The notes beneath the pieces are model-generated. The model was not told the origin of the DNA. It made no database searches and saw only the letters and a list, made by a program, of their open reading frames with translations. Of a DNA stretch of 64,000 bases, positions 1-8,837 are shown one piece after another. Origin of the DNA: an uncultured Pseudomonadota bacterium (GTDB taxonomy: Bacteria > Pseudomonadota > Gammaproteobacteria > Natronospirales > REEB76). The stretch lies in NCBI GenBank assembly GCA_963774895.1, contig CAVZGN010000001.1:450419-514418 (forward strand), given 5' to 3'. The stretch's first letter is position 1, and every line of letters starts with the position of its first letter. The position numbers and the translations under genes were made by a program.

Positions 1-324
1 GGCCGCTGGATACTGGATAACTCGCATGCGCAAGCGCGCTCCGAATACGCATTGAACTATTTCGACGGACAGCGCCTGGATACAAAAATCACCGACCGCA
101 CGTTCGTGGACACGGACGGCACCCGCTGGATCGTGGACTACAAGACCAGCCGGCATCGCGGCGGCGATGTGGAAGTGTTCCTGGCGCGTGAACAGGCACG
201 TTACCGCGGGCAGCTGGAGACCTATGCGCGGCTGATGCGCGGCCTGGAACAGCGGCGTGTTAAAGTGGGCCTGTACTTCCCGCTGTTGCGGCGCTTCGTG
301 GAATGGGAACCCGCCTATGGCTGA
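1..324 (+). CDS. PD-(D/E)XK RecB/AddB-type nuclease domain protein, 3' end only (gene starts left of window)
   Basis: The frame is open to the window edge. The motif WIVDYKTSRH resembles the D-Y-K nuclease motif of RecB/AddB-family enzymes. The stop overlaps the next gene. Confidence 0.5.
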   Translation, partial: GRWILDNSHAQARSEYALNYFDGQRLDTKITDRTFVDTDGTRWIVDYKTSRHRGGDVEVFLAREQARYRGQLETYARLMRGLEQRRVKVGLYFPLLRRFVEWEPAYG

Positions 325-1213
325 AACTCTGGCGCATTGTCTGGTGGTGGCGATTTCCTCGCGGGCGCTATTCGATCTCGAAGAAAGTCATCGCATCTTC
401 ACCCAGCAGGGACTCGAAGCGTATGCCCGCTATCAGATCGAACATGAAGACGACCTCCTGGAACCTGGTGTGGCGTTCACGCTGGTGAAGAAACTGCTGC
501 ATCTGAATATCTCGGGCCAGGACCAGCGCGTGGAAGTGATCCTGCTATCCCACAACAGCGCCGACACCGGTCTGCGCATCTTTAATTCCATCCAGTATTA
601 CCAGATGAATATCACGCGCGCGGCCTTCACCAACGGCGCGGCGCCCTGGCGTTATGTGGAACCCTTCAGCGCCGACCTGTTCCTGTCGGCCGAACCCAAG
701 GACGTGGTGGCGGCGCTGGATGCGGGCCGGGCGGCGGCTGCCATCGTGCCGTCACGCGCCGAGAGTGAGGTATCCGAGCAATTGCGCATTGCCTTCGACG
801 GCGATGCGGTATTGTTCTCGGACGAGGCTGAACGCGTCTATCAGGAGCAGGGGTTGGCGGCTTTCGCCGCGAGCGAGAAGGCCCAGGCACACGCACCCTT
901 GAGCGGCGGCCCCTTCAAGAATTTCCTGGCGGCGCTGCACCGCATCCAGGCGGACTATCCCATGGACCAATCGCCGATCCGCACCGCGCTGGTGACCGCG
1001 CGCTCGGCGCCGGCCCACGAACGCGCGATCCGCACGCTGCGCGCCTGGAATATACGGATAGACGAGGCGCTGTTTCTAGGCGGCCTGCCCAAAGGCGCAT
1101 TCCTCAAGACTTTCGGCGCGGATATCTTCTTCGATGACCAGAAGGGCCACGTGGAAGCCGCCGCCGGCTATGTGACCACCGGCCATGTGCCGCATGGCGT
1201 CACCAACAAATAA
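317..1213 (+). CDS. 5'-nucleotidase family protein (PF06189-like)
   Basis: ATG at 317, inside track ORF 257..1213, gives MAETLAHCLVVAISSRALFDLEESH. The strings EVILLSHNSADTGLRIFNSI, FDGDAVLFSDEAE and FFDDQKGH match my memory of this family. Confidence 0.65.
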   Translation: MAETLAHCLVVAISSRALFDLEESHRIFTQQGLEAYARYQIEHEDDLLEPGVAFTLVKKLLHLNISGQDQRVEVILLSHNSADTGLRIFNSIQYYQMNITRAAFTNGAAPWRYVEPFSADLFLSAEPKDVVAALDAGRAAAAIVPSRAESEVSEQLRIAFDGDAVLFSDEAERVYQEQGLAAFAASEKAQAHAPLSGGPFKNFLAALHRIQADYPMDQSPIRTALVTARSAPAHERAIRTLRAWNIRIDEALFLGGLPKGAFLKTFGADIFFDDQKGHVEAAAGYVTTGHVPHGVTNK

Positions 1214-1230
1214 TGACTTCACAGGTGCTT

Positions 1231-1286
1231 AATGACTACTTATACCCTTCTCCCCTGGTGGGAGAGGGTGAGGGGGGGTAGTCATT
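1231..1286. repeat. REP-like nested palindrome
   Basis: aatgactac (1231-1239) pairs with gtagtcatt (1278-1286), with an inner ctccc/gggag stem. The core cttctcccctggtgggagagggtgaggggg resembles common proteobacterial extragenic palindromes. Confidence 0.4.
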
Positions 1287-1339
1287 TTGATAATCACACT
1301 TACTCATTTAATTAATAAAACTATCAGTAATATAACGTT

Positions 1340-2380
1340 ATGAACGAACTCGACAGTTGGCAGGAAGAACAGCAATCGGCGCATCTGTATCGGGTAATCG
1401 CCGACTGTGAGCCCAAGCCGGAACTGCGCACCCTGTTCGTGAAACTGGCGGAAGCCGCCGAAGCGCAGTCAAGGTATTGGGCGCAGCTTGCGACTGGCAA
1501 GGGCGCGACAGTGCCGGCGCACTTTCATCCGGCGTTGCGCGCGCGCCTGGTGGCGCAGTTAGTGAGACTCATGGGACCGCATCGTCTGTTGCCGATCCTG
1601 GCGGCTATGAAAGTGCGCGGACTGTCGGTGTACACCGGCGCCACGGCGAGTGGTCACGACGCGCCCGTAGCCGGCTGTCAGGAATCACGCCACCGGCATC
1701 TGGCCGGCGGCGGCAGTTTCCGTGCCTCGGTGTTCGGCGTGAACGACGGGCTGGTGTCGAACGCCAGCCTTATGCTGGGCGTGGCCGGCGCGGCCTTCAA
1801 TAGCCACGTGATCCTGCTGGCTGGCATCGCCGGCCTGCTGGCGGGCGCGGCTTCCATGGCCGCCGGTGAGTACGTGTCCATGCGTTCCCAGCGGGAGATG
1901 TTCGAATACCAGATCGGCCTGGAGCGAGACGAACTGGCCGCCTATCCGGAGGAGGAGGCCGAGGAACTGGCGCTCATCTATGAAGCGCGCGGTGTGGCGC
2001 CTGGCGAGGCACGGCATCTCGCCGATACTTTAACCCGCGATCCTACGCGCGCACTGGACACGCTGGCGCGCGAGGAACTGGGACTCAATCCTAAGGAATT
2101 GGGCTCCGCCTGGGGCGCGGCTATCTCATCGTTCGTCGCCTTCGCCCTGGGAGCATTGATCCCCTTGATCCCGTTCTTCTGGCCGCAACCACGGCACGGC
2201 ATCTACTGGTCCATCGGTTTGACAGCGGTAGTGCTGTTCGCCACCGGCGCCACCGTCAGCCTGTTTACCGGCCGCGGCCTTTTGTGGAGCGCGCTGCGCA
2301 TGGTGTTGATCGGCGCGCTGGCCGCCGGCGCTACGTTCCTAGTGGGGCACTTGTTTGGAGTAGCACTGGGTTCGGCTTAA
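1340..2380 (+). CDS. VIT1/CCC1-family iron/manganese transporter with N-terminal ferritin-like domain
   Basis: 346-aa ORF. GVNDGLVSNASLMLGVAGA and AGEYVSMRSQRE are typical VIT-family motifs, and the C-terminal TM helices fit. Confidence 0.8.
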   Translation: MNELDSWQEEQQSAHLYRVIADCEPKPELRTLFVKLAEAAEAQSRYWAQLATGKGATVPAHFHPALRARLVAQLVRLMGPHRLLPILAAMKVRGLSVYTGATASGHDAPVAGCQESRHRHLAGGGSFRASVFGVNDGLVSNASLMLGVAGAAFNSHVILLAGIAGLLAGAASMAAGEYVSMRSQREMFEYQIGLERDELAAYPEEEAEELALIYEARGVAPGEARHLADTLTRDPTRALDTLAREELGLNPKELGSAWGAAISSFVAFALGALIPLIPFFWPQPRHGIYWSIGLTAVVLFATGATVSLFTGRGLLWSALRMVLIGALAAGATFLVGHLFGVALGSA

Positions 2381-2398
2381 CCGCAAATTCAATGGAGT

Positions 2399-2573
2399 CA
2401 GACTCGATTGATTGATGAGCTATTGCTAGTGTAGACCCGGATATTAGCCAGGGAGTGGCTGTGATGGCGCGATTACCACGATTTGTATTGCCTGGACACC
2501 CGCAGCTGTCATCCAGCGAGGAAATAATCGGCAGAGTGTTCTTGTGATGCTAACACGGTATCAATCGAGTCTG
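2399..2573. repeat. 14-bp perfect inverted repeat pair flanking a transposase remnant
   Basis: cagactcgattgat (2399-2412) is the exact reverse complement of atcaatcgagtctg (2560-2573). Confidence 0.7.
2464..2543 (+). pseudogene. N-terminal remnant of a REP-associated tyrosine transposase (RayT / IS200 Y1-like), frameshifted and truncated
   Basis: ATG 2464 reads MARLPRFVLPGHPQ, then the next frame reads AVIQRGNNRQ. The canonical N-terminus is MARLPR..PG.P.HVIQRGNNRQ. One nucleotide appears to be missing in the His codon (ccgcag-c-t-gtcatccag), and the rest of the gene is absent. Confidence 0.55.
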
Positions 2574-2618
2574 TCCCCTATTATCATTATCATTCTAGGA
2601 GAAAGAATTGTGACTCGT

Positions 2619-2909
2619 ATGTATAACCCCGCGCATCCCGGCGAAGTGCTGAGGGATGGCGTATTTTCTGAGACTGGAGTAACGGTAACGAGCGCTGCTG
2701 TAGCCCTTGGCGTCACGCGCGTCGCCCTGTCGCGGGTACTGAATGGCAAGGCCGCTGTCAGCGCGGAAATGGCCATACGGCTCGGCAAGTGGCTGAACAC
2801 CGGCCCGGAGGTATGGCTCAACATGCAGGCACAGTATGACCTGTGGCGGGCGGAGCGCGGTTTGCGAGGCGAAATCAAACGCATTCGGGCTCGGGTGCAT
2901 GCCGATTGA
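2619..2909 (+). CDS. higA: HigA-family antitoxin (XRE HTH), no partner toxin ORF seen
   Basis: MYNPAHPGEVLRDGV...VTSAAVALGVTRVALSRVLNGKAAVSAEMAIRLGKW is the HigA signature. The aggag SD lies at 2597-2601, and GTG 2610 is an alternative start. Confidence 0.8.
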   Translation: MYNPAHPGEVLRDGVFSETGVTVTSAAVALGVTRVALSRVLNGKAAVSAEMAIRLGKWLNTGPEVWLNMQAQYDLWRAERGLRGEIKRIRARVHAD

Positions 2910-2957
2910 TTCCTTCAGTTGAAGTGCTGGCGATTTTCAAGGATTAATATTTCTGCT

Positions 2958-4145
2958 ATGAAAGACAGGTTCATATTTTTTCTATTCGCACTCAGTGCCG
3001 GGTTCATGGCTAGCAGCGCCGGCGCGATGGATATGCCATACCATCCCCCTCAGCCGTATGACCTGCAGACGTTGTACAAGCAAGCCAATACCGACTGTCA
3101 TAAAAATGACTGGCCGTGTTTCGAAAACGAGCTGTTTGGTTTCACCATGACCTATGGCCCGAAGGCGGCAGTCGATACCTTCACGCTTCTCAAGCAGCGC
3201 AACGATATCCCTCCGACTGTCGATGCGCATCATTTCGTGCACCATATCGGACACCATACCGCCATGGCGTTCGGCTCAAATCTCCAGGCCTTCAAGCTCT
3301 GTCCGACCGACTTCGATTACGGTTGCTTGCACGGATTCTTTCAATATGCTCTTAGCGAGGGTGGGATGACCGAGGCCGCCGCCGCCGGTATCTGCAAACA
3401 ACTCCGGAAAGATTCGACGGCGTTGGATAAGACCAAATATGAGTGCTACCACGGATTCGGCCACGGGGTCATGATGCATGAAGATCATGACCTGATGAAA
3501 TCGCTGGCTGTGTGCGACAACCTGAGATTCTCCCTTGGACAGGATGGCTGCTGGCAGGGCGTATTCATGGAAAACGTGGATGTGGCCGAGGAAGGCGCAT
3601 GGCAGAAGGGAATGTTTTCGATGCAGGACCCGCTCGCGCCCTGCGACAAGGTGGAAGATAAGTACCAGTATGAGTGTTTCATCAACCACTCGGGTTGGCT
3701 GATGAAGTTTTTCGGAAACGACATGACCAAGGGTGCACAAGCTTGTCTGAAAGCCCCGCCAGCCCAGGTTGACACCTGTCTACAAACACTGGGCCTGTTA
3801 GCCACCAACCCATCCTGGCAGACTGCGCTCCTGAAGGATGACTACACACCGGATATCTCCGAAAACGCCTGGAGGATCTGCAAGAAATTTCCGCATGATT
3901 ACGTGGAGCGGTGCGTGCTCTCTGCATTGGATAATCTTATGAACTCCACTAACGTCGATGCGCCCTTGATCCACAGAGCCCAGAACTTTTGCCAGGTTGT
4001 GGATACTCAGTTTCGTACCGACTGCTACAAACAGATCGGCAAGGACCTGCGTTATCTGACGGCCGACACCAAAGCCGCCCACACTGCTTGCCGGTACCTG
4101 AAGGGCGATTCTGAGCAACGCCAATGCCTCTTGGGTTTGGGTTAA
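2958..4145 (+). CDS. secreted Cys/His-rich repeat protein, unknown function
   Basis: ATG 2958 gives the signal-like N-terminus MKDRFIFFLFALSAGFMASSAGA. The motifs C-x-HG-F-G-H-G / GCLHGF / GCWQGVF recur. I recognise no family. Confidence 0.6.
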   Translation: MKDRFIFFLFALSAGFMASSAGAMDMPYHPPQPYDLQTLYKQANTDCHKNDWPCFENELFGFTMTYGPKAAVDTFTLLKQRNDIPPTVDAHHFVHHIGHHTAMAFGSNLQAFKLCPTDFDYGCLHGFFQYALSEGGMTEAAAAGICKQLRKDSTALDKTKYECYHGFGHGVMMHEDHDLMKSLAVCDNLRFSLGQDGCWQGVFMENVDVAEEGAWQKGMFSMQDPLAPCDKVEDKYQYECFINHSGWLMKFFGNDMTKGAQACLKAPPAQVDTCLQTLGLLATNPSWQTALLKDDYTPDISENAWRICKKFPHDYVERCVLSALDNLMNSTNVDAPLIHRAQNFCQVVDTQFRTDCYKQIGKDLRYLTADTKAAHTACRYLKGDSEQRQCLLGLG

Positions 4146-4498
4146 AGAGCAGTTCCTGATGTATTGATGATAATTGTTCGCCGGCTGGCAGCATGCATGC
4201 GGCTCGTGCGGATGCGTTCCCAGCCAGGATGCTCCGAGCGCAGCTGCCCGGTGCGGGAGCCAAGTCCTGAGCGCCGTTCATTCCGTGAACTGCACTGGGC
4301 AACGGAGCCGTAGCAAGGATTTGAGATAGAATAGCCGCGTCACTCATGACACATGGAAGTGTTGCAATGCATTCATCACGTCCCCCTTTCATTTTAATTT
4401 CCCAATACTTCTTTAGCATGTGCCGTTGTGGGTGCGCCGCCGGCACTTCTCATGGATCACAGTGATGTAGTTCAAACAGACGACAAATGGAGGTTGTT

Positions 4499-5269
4499 AT
4501 GTCCAAGTCCAAACAGAATGCCTGGTATGGGTGGGTACCTGACCGGCCCGATTACCGCGACAAACTCTATGCCAGCATCGCGGCGCCACCCAGGAAGCTG
4601 CCGCGCAAGGTGGATCTGAGACCCGGTTGCCCGCCGGTGGAGAACCAGGGAACACTCGGCAGCTGCACGGCCAACGCGCTGGTGGGCAACCTGGAATTCC
4701 TGGAAAAGAAAACCCGGCGCACGGCCACCAACCTGAGTCGCCTGTTCGTTTACTACAATGAGCGCGCCATGGAAGGCACCGTGAATGAGGATGCGGGTGC
4801 GGTAATCCGTGACGGGGTCAAATCGCTCGTCAAACAGGATGTATGCGCGGAAAAAATCTGGCCCTACCAGATCGCCGCATTCACCAAGAAACCTTCCGCA
4901 ACATGCTACCGGCAAGCCAGGAATCATCAGGTGACTTCCTATAATCGCATCCTCGGGTTGCAGCAGATGCGCCAGTGTCTGGCGGAAGGTTATCCCTTCG
5001 TGTTCGGCTTTTCGGTGTATACCGCCTTCGAATCGGCCGCGGTGGCCAAATCCGGTCGCTTGAACCTGCCGAAGCGCGGCGAGAAGAACCTGGGCGGCCA
5101 TGCCGTGTGCGCCATGGGCTATGACGACGGCGACAAACGCCTGCTAGTGCGTAACTCCTGGGGTTCAGACTGGGGTGTGAAGGGTTATTTCACCATGCCG
5201 TACGACTATGTGGACAACGCCAACTTGGCGGATGATTTCTGGACGTTGCGGGCGTTTGAGAATAGTTGA
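4499..5269 (+). CDS. papain-like cysteine peptidase (C1A family)
   Basis: NQGTLGSCTANA supplies the Gln and catalytic Cys, GGHAVCAMGYDD the His, and VRNSWGSDWGVKGYF the Asn/Trp. A ggagg SD lies 6 nt before ATG 4499. No signal peptide is obvious. Confidence 0.8.
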   Translation: MSKSKQNAWYGWVPDRPDYRDKLYASIAAPPRKLPRKVDLRPGCPPVENQGTLGSCTANALVGNLEFLEKKTRRTATNLSRLFVYYNERAMEGTVNEDAGAVIRDGVKSLVKQDVCAEKIWPYQIAAFTKKPSATCYRQARNHQVTSYNRILGLQQMRQCLAEGYPFVFGFSVYTAFESAAVAKSGRLNLPKRGEKNLGGHAVCAMGYDDGDKRLLVRNSWGSDWGVKGYFTMPYDYVDNANLADDFWTLRAFENS

Positions 5270-5290
5270 AGCGGCGGGGATTCCGCGGTC

Positions 5291-6952
5291 TCACGGCGGA
5301 CTTATTTTCTGGCGCTGCGCCTGAAACCGCTCCCAGCCGGGGTTCTCCGAGCGCAGCAGGTGCATAAGGTTGTTGTGTATACGGCGGCGGAACCCGGTAT
5401 CCGGATTCGTAGGTTGGCCCAGCAAAGCAATATTGGTCACGCGCCGCGTCAATGTCAGCGGTACCGGCTGCGGCGGTAGTACGTAGTCGTCGGTACGGTC
5501 GGTGGTGCCCTGGTTGTTGGTCTGCACGAAAAACGGCACGAACGCCTGGCCGATGATGGTTAGAGACTGGTAGTCGCCCAGGAACAGGCCTTCCGAATCG
5601 GGCGCCAGATCCAGGTCGAAGGGGCCTGAGATGTGTTGCTCGCTCCAGTGCACACTGTCGGTGGATGAAGTGAACCAGTAATCGGTGATCAGCTGACTCG
5701 GGTTGCTGGTGTTGTTCCTGAAATCGAAATAACTCACGCCGATTGTGCCGTCGTTGAGCACCGCGACGCTGGGCGTGAACGCCGGCACCGACGGCACCGA
5801 GTTGATCTCCACCGGTGCGGACCAGGTCTCGCCGTCGTCCGCTGATTGGGACAGGGCGATGCCATCGTGTTGGCCGTTGCTGAAGCGCCCGTCCTGCCAT
5901 ACCAGCACCAGCTTGTTGCCGGGTCCGGCTGTCATTTGCGGCAGGCCGGCACCGGCGCGCACCAAGGCGCCGGTGTTCGGGTCCTGGGTTCCGACGGACA
6001 GATCCTGGGCCACCATGACCGGCGCAGACCAGTTGGCGCCGTTATCGATCGAAGTGATCACCTTGAGCGCGGCGCTGGCGTTATTGGTATTGGTGCCGTC
6101 GATCTCCACGAACACATCCACGAGAGTGCCATCCGCCAATCCCACGATCTCGTTGCTGAGGGTCTGGTTGTTGACGCCTGGGTCATAGATGGGCGCCGCT
6201 GTCTGCCACGACGTTCCGCTATTGGCGGTGCGCGCGAAATACGCGGGGCCATGGCCGCTGCTATCCAGCCGGTCCCAGACCGCATACACGTAATTGGGAT
6301 CATTGGGGTCGGCGGTGATGGTCTCCTTGTCGTTGAAGGCAGTCGCGCCGTCGAGGATCAGCGTGGCTGGATCGCTCCAGCTGGCACCACCATCGGCAGA
6401 ATTGCTGACCAGCACGCTGCTGAGCGAACCCGGCGTCAGCATGTTGCCGGTGAAAGAGATGGAAATCACATAAGCCACGCCATTCGGCGAGAACGTCACC
6501 CAGGGATCCGAAGCGCGGGCATAGTCGCCACCGTTACCACTGTTACCGCCGCCGCAGATGGACAAGTTCAAGGTCTGTTCGCTCCAGGTCTTGCCATTAT
6601 CCAGGCTGCGCGCCACCACCAATCCGTGGGCACCACCGTCGGACCAGCGGTCCTGCTGCCAGATGCTGATGAGATTGGAAGGATTGGTCGGATTGACCGC
6701 CACATAAGGCTCCACCTCGGCATCTTCGTAATTGACGCTACCCGCCATCGCGCCGCCACATCCAGAGGCGTAAGGAGATGCGCCGGAGACTCTCACCAGC
6801 GGTGCACCTGGTGGAAGCAGTGTTACCGGGGGTGGCGTGCTTGACGACGTGGTGGATGCACTGGAACCGCCACCACAGCCGGCGAGTGCCAGACACAGCG
6901 GTAGGCCGAAGGACAACAGGTGCCAGCGCATCGCCCGGATCATCTTCGTCAC
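5291..6952 (-). CDS. BNR/Asp-box repeat (sialidase-like beta-propeller) lipoprotein
   Basis: Lipobox LALAGC is present. Five Asp-box repeats S-x-D-x-G-x-(T/S)-W are seen: SLDNGKTW, SADGGASW, TANSGTSW, SIDNGANW, SADDGETW. Confidence 0.75.
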   Translation of the reverse strand: MTKMIRAMRWHLLSFGLPLCLALAGCGGGSSASTTSSSTPPPVTLLPPGAPLVRVSGASPYASGCGGAMAGSVNYEDAEVEPYVAVNPTNPSNLISIWQQDRWSDGGAHGLVVARSLDNGKTWSEQTLNLSICGGGNSGNGGDYARASDPWVTFSPNGVAYVISISFTGNMLTPGSLSSVLVSNSADGGASWSDPATLILDGATAFNDKETITADPNDPNYVYAVWDRLDSSGHGPAYFARTANSGTSWQTAAPIYDPGVNNQTLSNEIVGLADGTLVDVFVEIDGTNTNNASAALKVITSIDNGANWSAPVMVAQDLSVGTQDPNTGALVRAGAGLPQMTAGPGNKLVLVWQDGRFSNGQHDGIALSQSADDGETWSAPVEINSVPSVPAFTPSVAVLNDGTIGVSYFDFRNNTSNPSQLITDYWFTSSTDSVHWSEQHISGPFDLDLAPDSEGLFLGDYQSLTIIGQAFVPFFVQTNNQGTTDRTDDYVLPPQPVPLTLTRRVTNIALLGQPTNPDTGFRRRIHNNLMHLLRSENPGWERFQAQRQKISPP

Positions 6953-7058
6953 CGTGTGATATCCACTATGTCTAATACGAGTTATTTATAGCACGACTGT
7001 AACGGAACGCCGTTCTTCACGACTCTATTTGATAAATATTTCAGGAATAAAGGCAAAG

Positions 7059-7090
7059 AAAATCGGCGGGCTGATGCCCGCCGATTTTTT
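7059..7090. terminator. bidirectional rho-independent terminator
   Basis: aaaatcggcgggc-tgat-gcccgccgatttttt: a 10-bp GC-rich stem with A- and T-tracts on either side. It lies just downstream of the pepO remnant on the minus strand. Confidence 0.6.
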
Positions 7091-7113
7091 GTATCTGTAA
7101 CTACGTCGGGCAG

Positions 7114-7251
7114 TTACCAGATCACGCAGATATCCTTGTTGACCATGGGGCCGTTGTTCGGCACCTGGAAAGCCTGCCGAAATTGCGGCAGATTGGAGAG
7201 TGTGCCGTTGACCCGGAATATAGCCGGCGGATGCGGATCTGTCGGCACACG
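7114..7251 (-). pseudogene. 3'-terminal remnant of an M13 (PepO/neprilysin-type) metallopeptidase gene
   Basis: The last ~45 codons of ORF 7114..7458 read TDPHPPAIFRVNGTLSNLPQFRQAFQVPNNGPMVNKDICVIW. This is the typical M13 C-terminus (DPH.P...RVNG...N...F..AF........C.(I/V)W). The upstream part of the ORF has no similarity. Confidence 0.6.
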
Positions 7252-7268
7252 ACGGCGCGCCTCTTCGG

Positions 7269-7305
7269 ATTTTAAGGATTGGCAGGGAGAGCCAATCCTT
7301 AAAAT
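7269..7305. repeat. 15-bp perfect-stem hairpin at the pepO truncation point
   Basis: attttaaggattggc (7269-7283), 7-nt loop, gccaatccttaaaat (7291-7305). Confidence 0.6.
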
Positions 7306-7379
7306 GAATCTGCGACCCCGTATTAAACGGACGTCGCAGGTTCTATTGAATGAGCAGAATCTTGTGGATGCGAAATTTA

Positions 7380-7397
7380 ATTGGTCGGGGTGACAGG
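7380..7397. repeat. 18-bp exact duplicate of the tRNA-Pro 3' end (att-like)
   Basis: attggtcggggtgacagg at 7380-7397 is identical to 7514-7531, which covers the tRNA 3' acceptor end. A second degenerate tRNA-like piece, gaatctgcgaccccgta, lies at 7306-7322. Confidence 0.7.
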
Positions 7398-7515
7398 GTG
7401 AGACGGGTGTTTTAACAGACTGCCAGTGGCAGTCTGTTCCCGCCGAACGCCACGCCATGGATGGCGTGGCCGGTTAGCCGGCCATGGATGGCTATGTGAG
7501 TGAGAAGTTTTGTGA

Positions 7516-7592
<77 letters not shown>

Positions 7593-7679
7593 GAAAGGCC
7601 GCATACTATAGGTGAAGGTGGTGAGCAGTGCAATTACATGTTTCTGCCCGGCATCGGAATCTTCACTTCATAGAATGAG

Positions 7680-8681
7680 CTACGAATGGCGTTCCACCGA
7701 AAACCTGACCAAATCGCCCAGCGCATCCTTATAAGCGGAGTCTGATAACAGCTTCAGGGCATCGAGAGCCTGGGTGGCTTGCTGTTGTGCACACTGATAG
7801 GTGTATTCCAGGGCGCCGGTCTTGTGGATGATGGTCAGGATCTCCTGGATGTGCTCACGGCCACCGTCCGTGATCGCCTTGCGGATGATTTCGCGCTGCT
7901 TCGGCGCAGCCTTGTGCATGGCCTGGATCAAAGGCAAGGTCGGCTTGCCCTCGGCGAGATCGTCGCCCACGTTTTTGCCGAGCTCGCTGGTGGAGGCGCT
8001 GTAATCCAGCATGTCGTCCACCAGCTGGAACGCGTTACCCAGGTGCAGGCCGTAGTCCGCCAGCGCCTGCTGCTCATTTTCTGGACGCTGGGCAATCACC
8101 GCGCCGAGCTGCGCACCAGCTTGAAACAGGGTCGCAGTCTTGCGGCGGATGACCTCCAGGTAGCGCGCTTCGGTGGTATCGGGATCGTTGCAGTTGAGCA
8201 GTTGCAGCACCTCACCCTCGGCGATGAGGTTGGTGGCATCGGCCAGAATGCGCATGACACGCATGTCGTCGACCGCCACCATCATCTGGAAAGCGCGCGA
8301 ATATAAAAAGTCACCCACCAATACGCTGGCTTCGTTGCCCCAGATGGCATTGGCGGTCTCGCGGCCGCGACGCAGGCTGGAGGCATCCACCACATCGTCA
8401 TGCAGCAGGGTGGCGGTATGGATGAATTCGATGATGGCGGCGAGCGTGACATGGCAGTCGTCATGCACCCTGCAGGCGCGCGCCGCCAGCAGCACCAGCA
8501 TGGGGCGCAGGCGCTTGCCGCCGCCGCTGATGATGTAGTCGCCCAGCTGGTTGATAAGCGCCACGTCCGAGCGCAGTTCCTCGCGGATCAGCCGGTCGGT
8601 GGCGCGAAAATCCTCCGCCACCAGCGCGCGCAACTTGCCCAGATCAGGCGCAGCAGCAGTCTTGAGGGTGGCTGAAAGCAT
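7680..8681 (-). CDS. ispB: octaprenyl-diphosphate synthase
   Basis: 333 aa. The first DDxxD region is LLHDDVVDASSLRRGRETAN and the second is QLVDDMLDY. It is divergent from rplU, as in many proteobacteria. Confidence 0.9.
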   Translation of the reverse strand: MLSATLKTAAAPDLGKLRALVAEDFRATDRLIREELRSDVALINQLGDYIISGGGKRLRPMLVLLAARACRVHDDCHVTLAAIIEFIHTATLLHDDVVDASSLRRGRETANAIWGNEASVLVGDFLYSRAFQMMVAVDDMRVMRILADATNLIAEGEVLQLLNCNDPDTTEARYLEVIRRKTATLFQAGAQLGAVIAQRPENEQQALADYGLHLGNAFQLVDDMLDYSASTSELGKNVGDDLAEGKPTLPLIQAMHKAAPKQREIIRKAITDGGREHIQEILTIIHKTGALEYTYQCAQQQATQALDALKLLSDSAYKDALGDLVRFSVERHS

Positions 8682-8762
8682 GCTTGAGTCGTAGAACGCG
8701 GCGGTGGCGGAAGGGCGATGCTAGGGGTGGCCTCTGGGGGTGTCAAGGCGCAGGTAGCCGGT

Positions 8763-8791
8763 TTGACCCGCAGCCCCGCAAGCCTTAGAAT
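8763..8791 (+). promoter_or_regulatory. sigma70-type promoter for rplU-rpmA
   Basis: TTGACC (8763-8768), a 17-nt spacer, then TAGAAT (8786-8791), 46 nt upstream of the rplU ATG. Confidence 0.45.
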
Positions 8792-8837
8792 TCGCGCCCT
8801 TCGACGGCATTTAGCCCAAGATTTTCCGGAGATTCCC

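Noticed and set aside
3949-4446. 165-aa minus-strand ORF covering the 340-bp gap between the Cys/His-rich protein gene and the C1 peptidase gene.
   Set aside because: It overlaps the 3' 200 bp of the upstream CDS in antisense and has no motif or SD. I kept the gap as non-coding.
5846-6844. 332-aa plus-strand ORF, and others at 5190-5900 and 5745-6188.
   Set aside because: They are antisense to or overlap the BNR lipoprotein gene, which has clear Asp-box repeats. The composition is Arg/Gly/Ala-rich shadow type.
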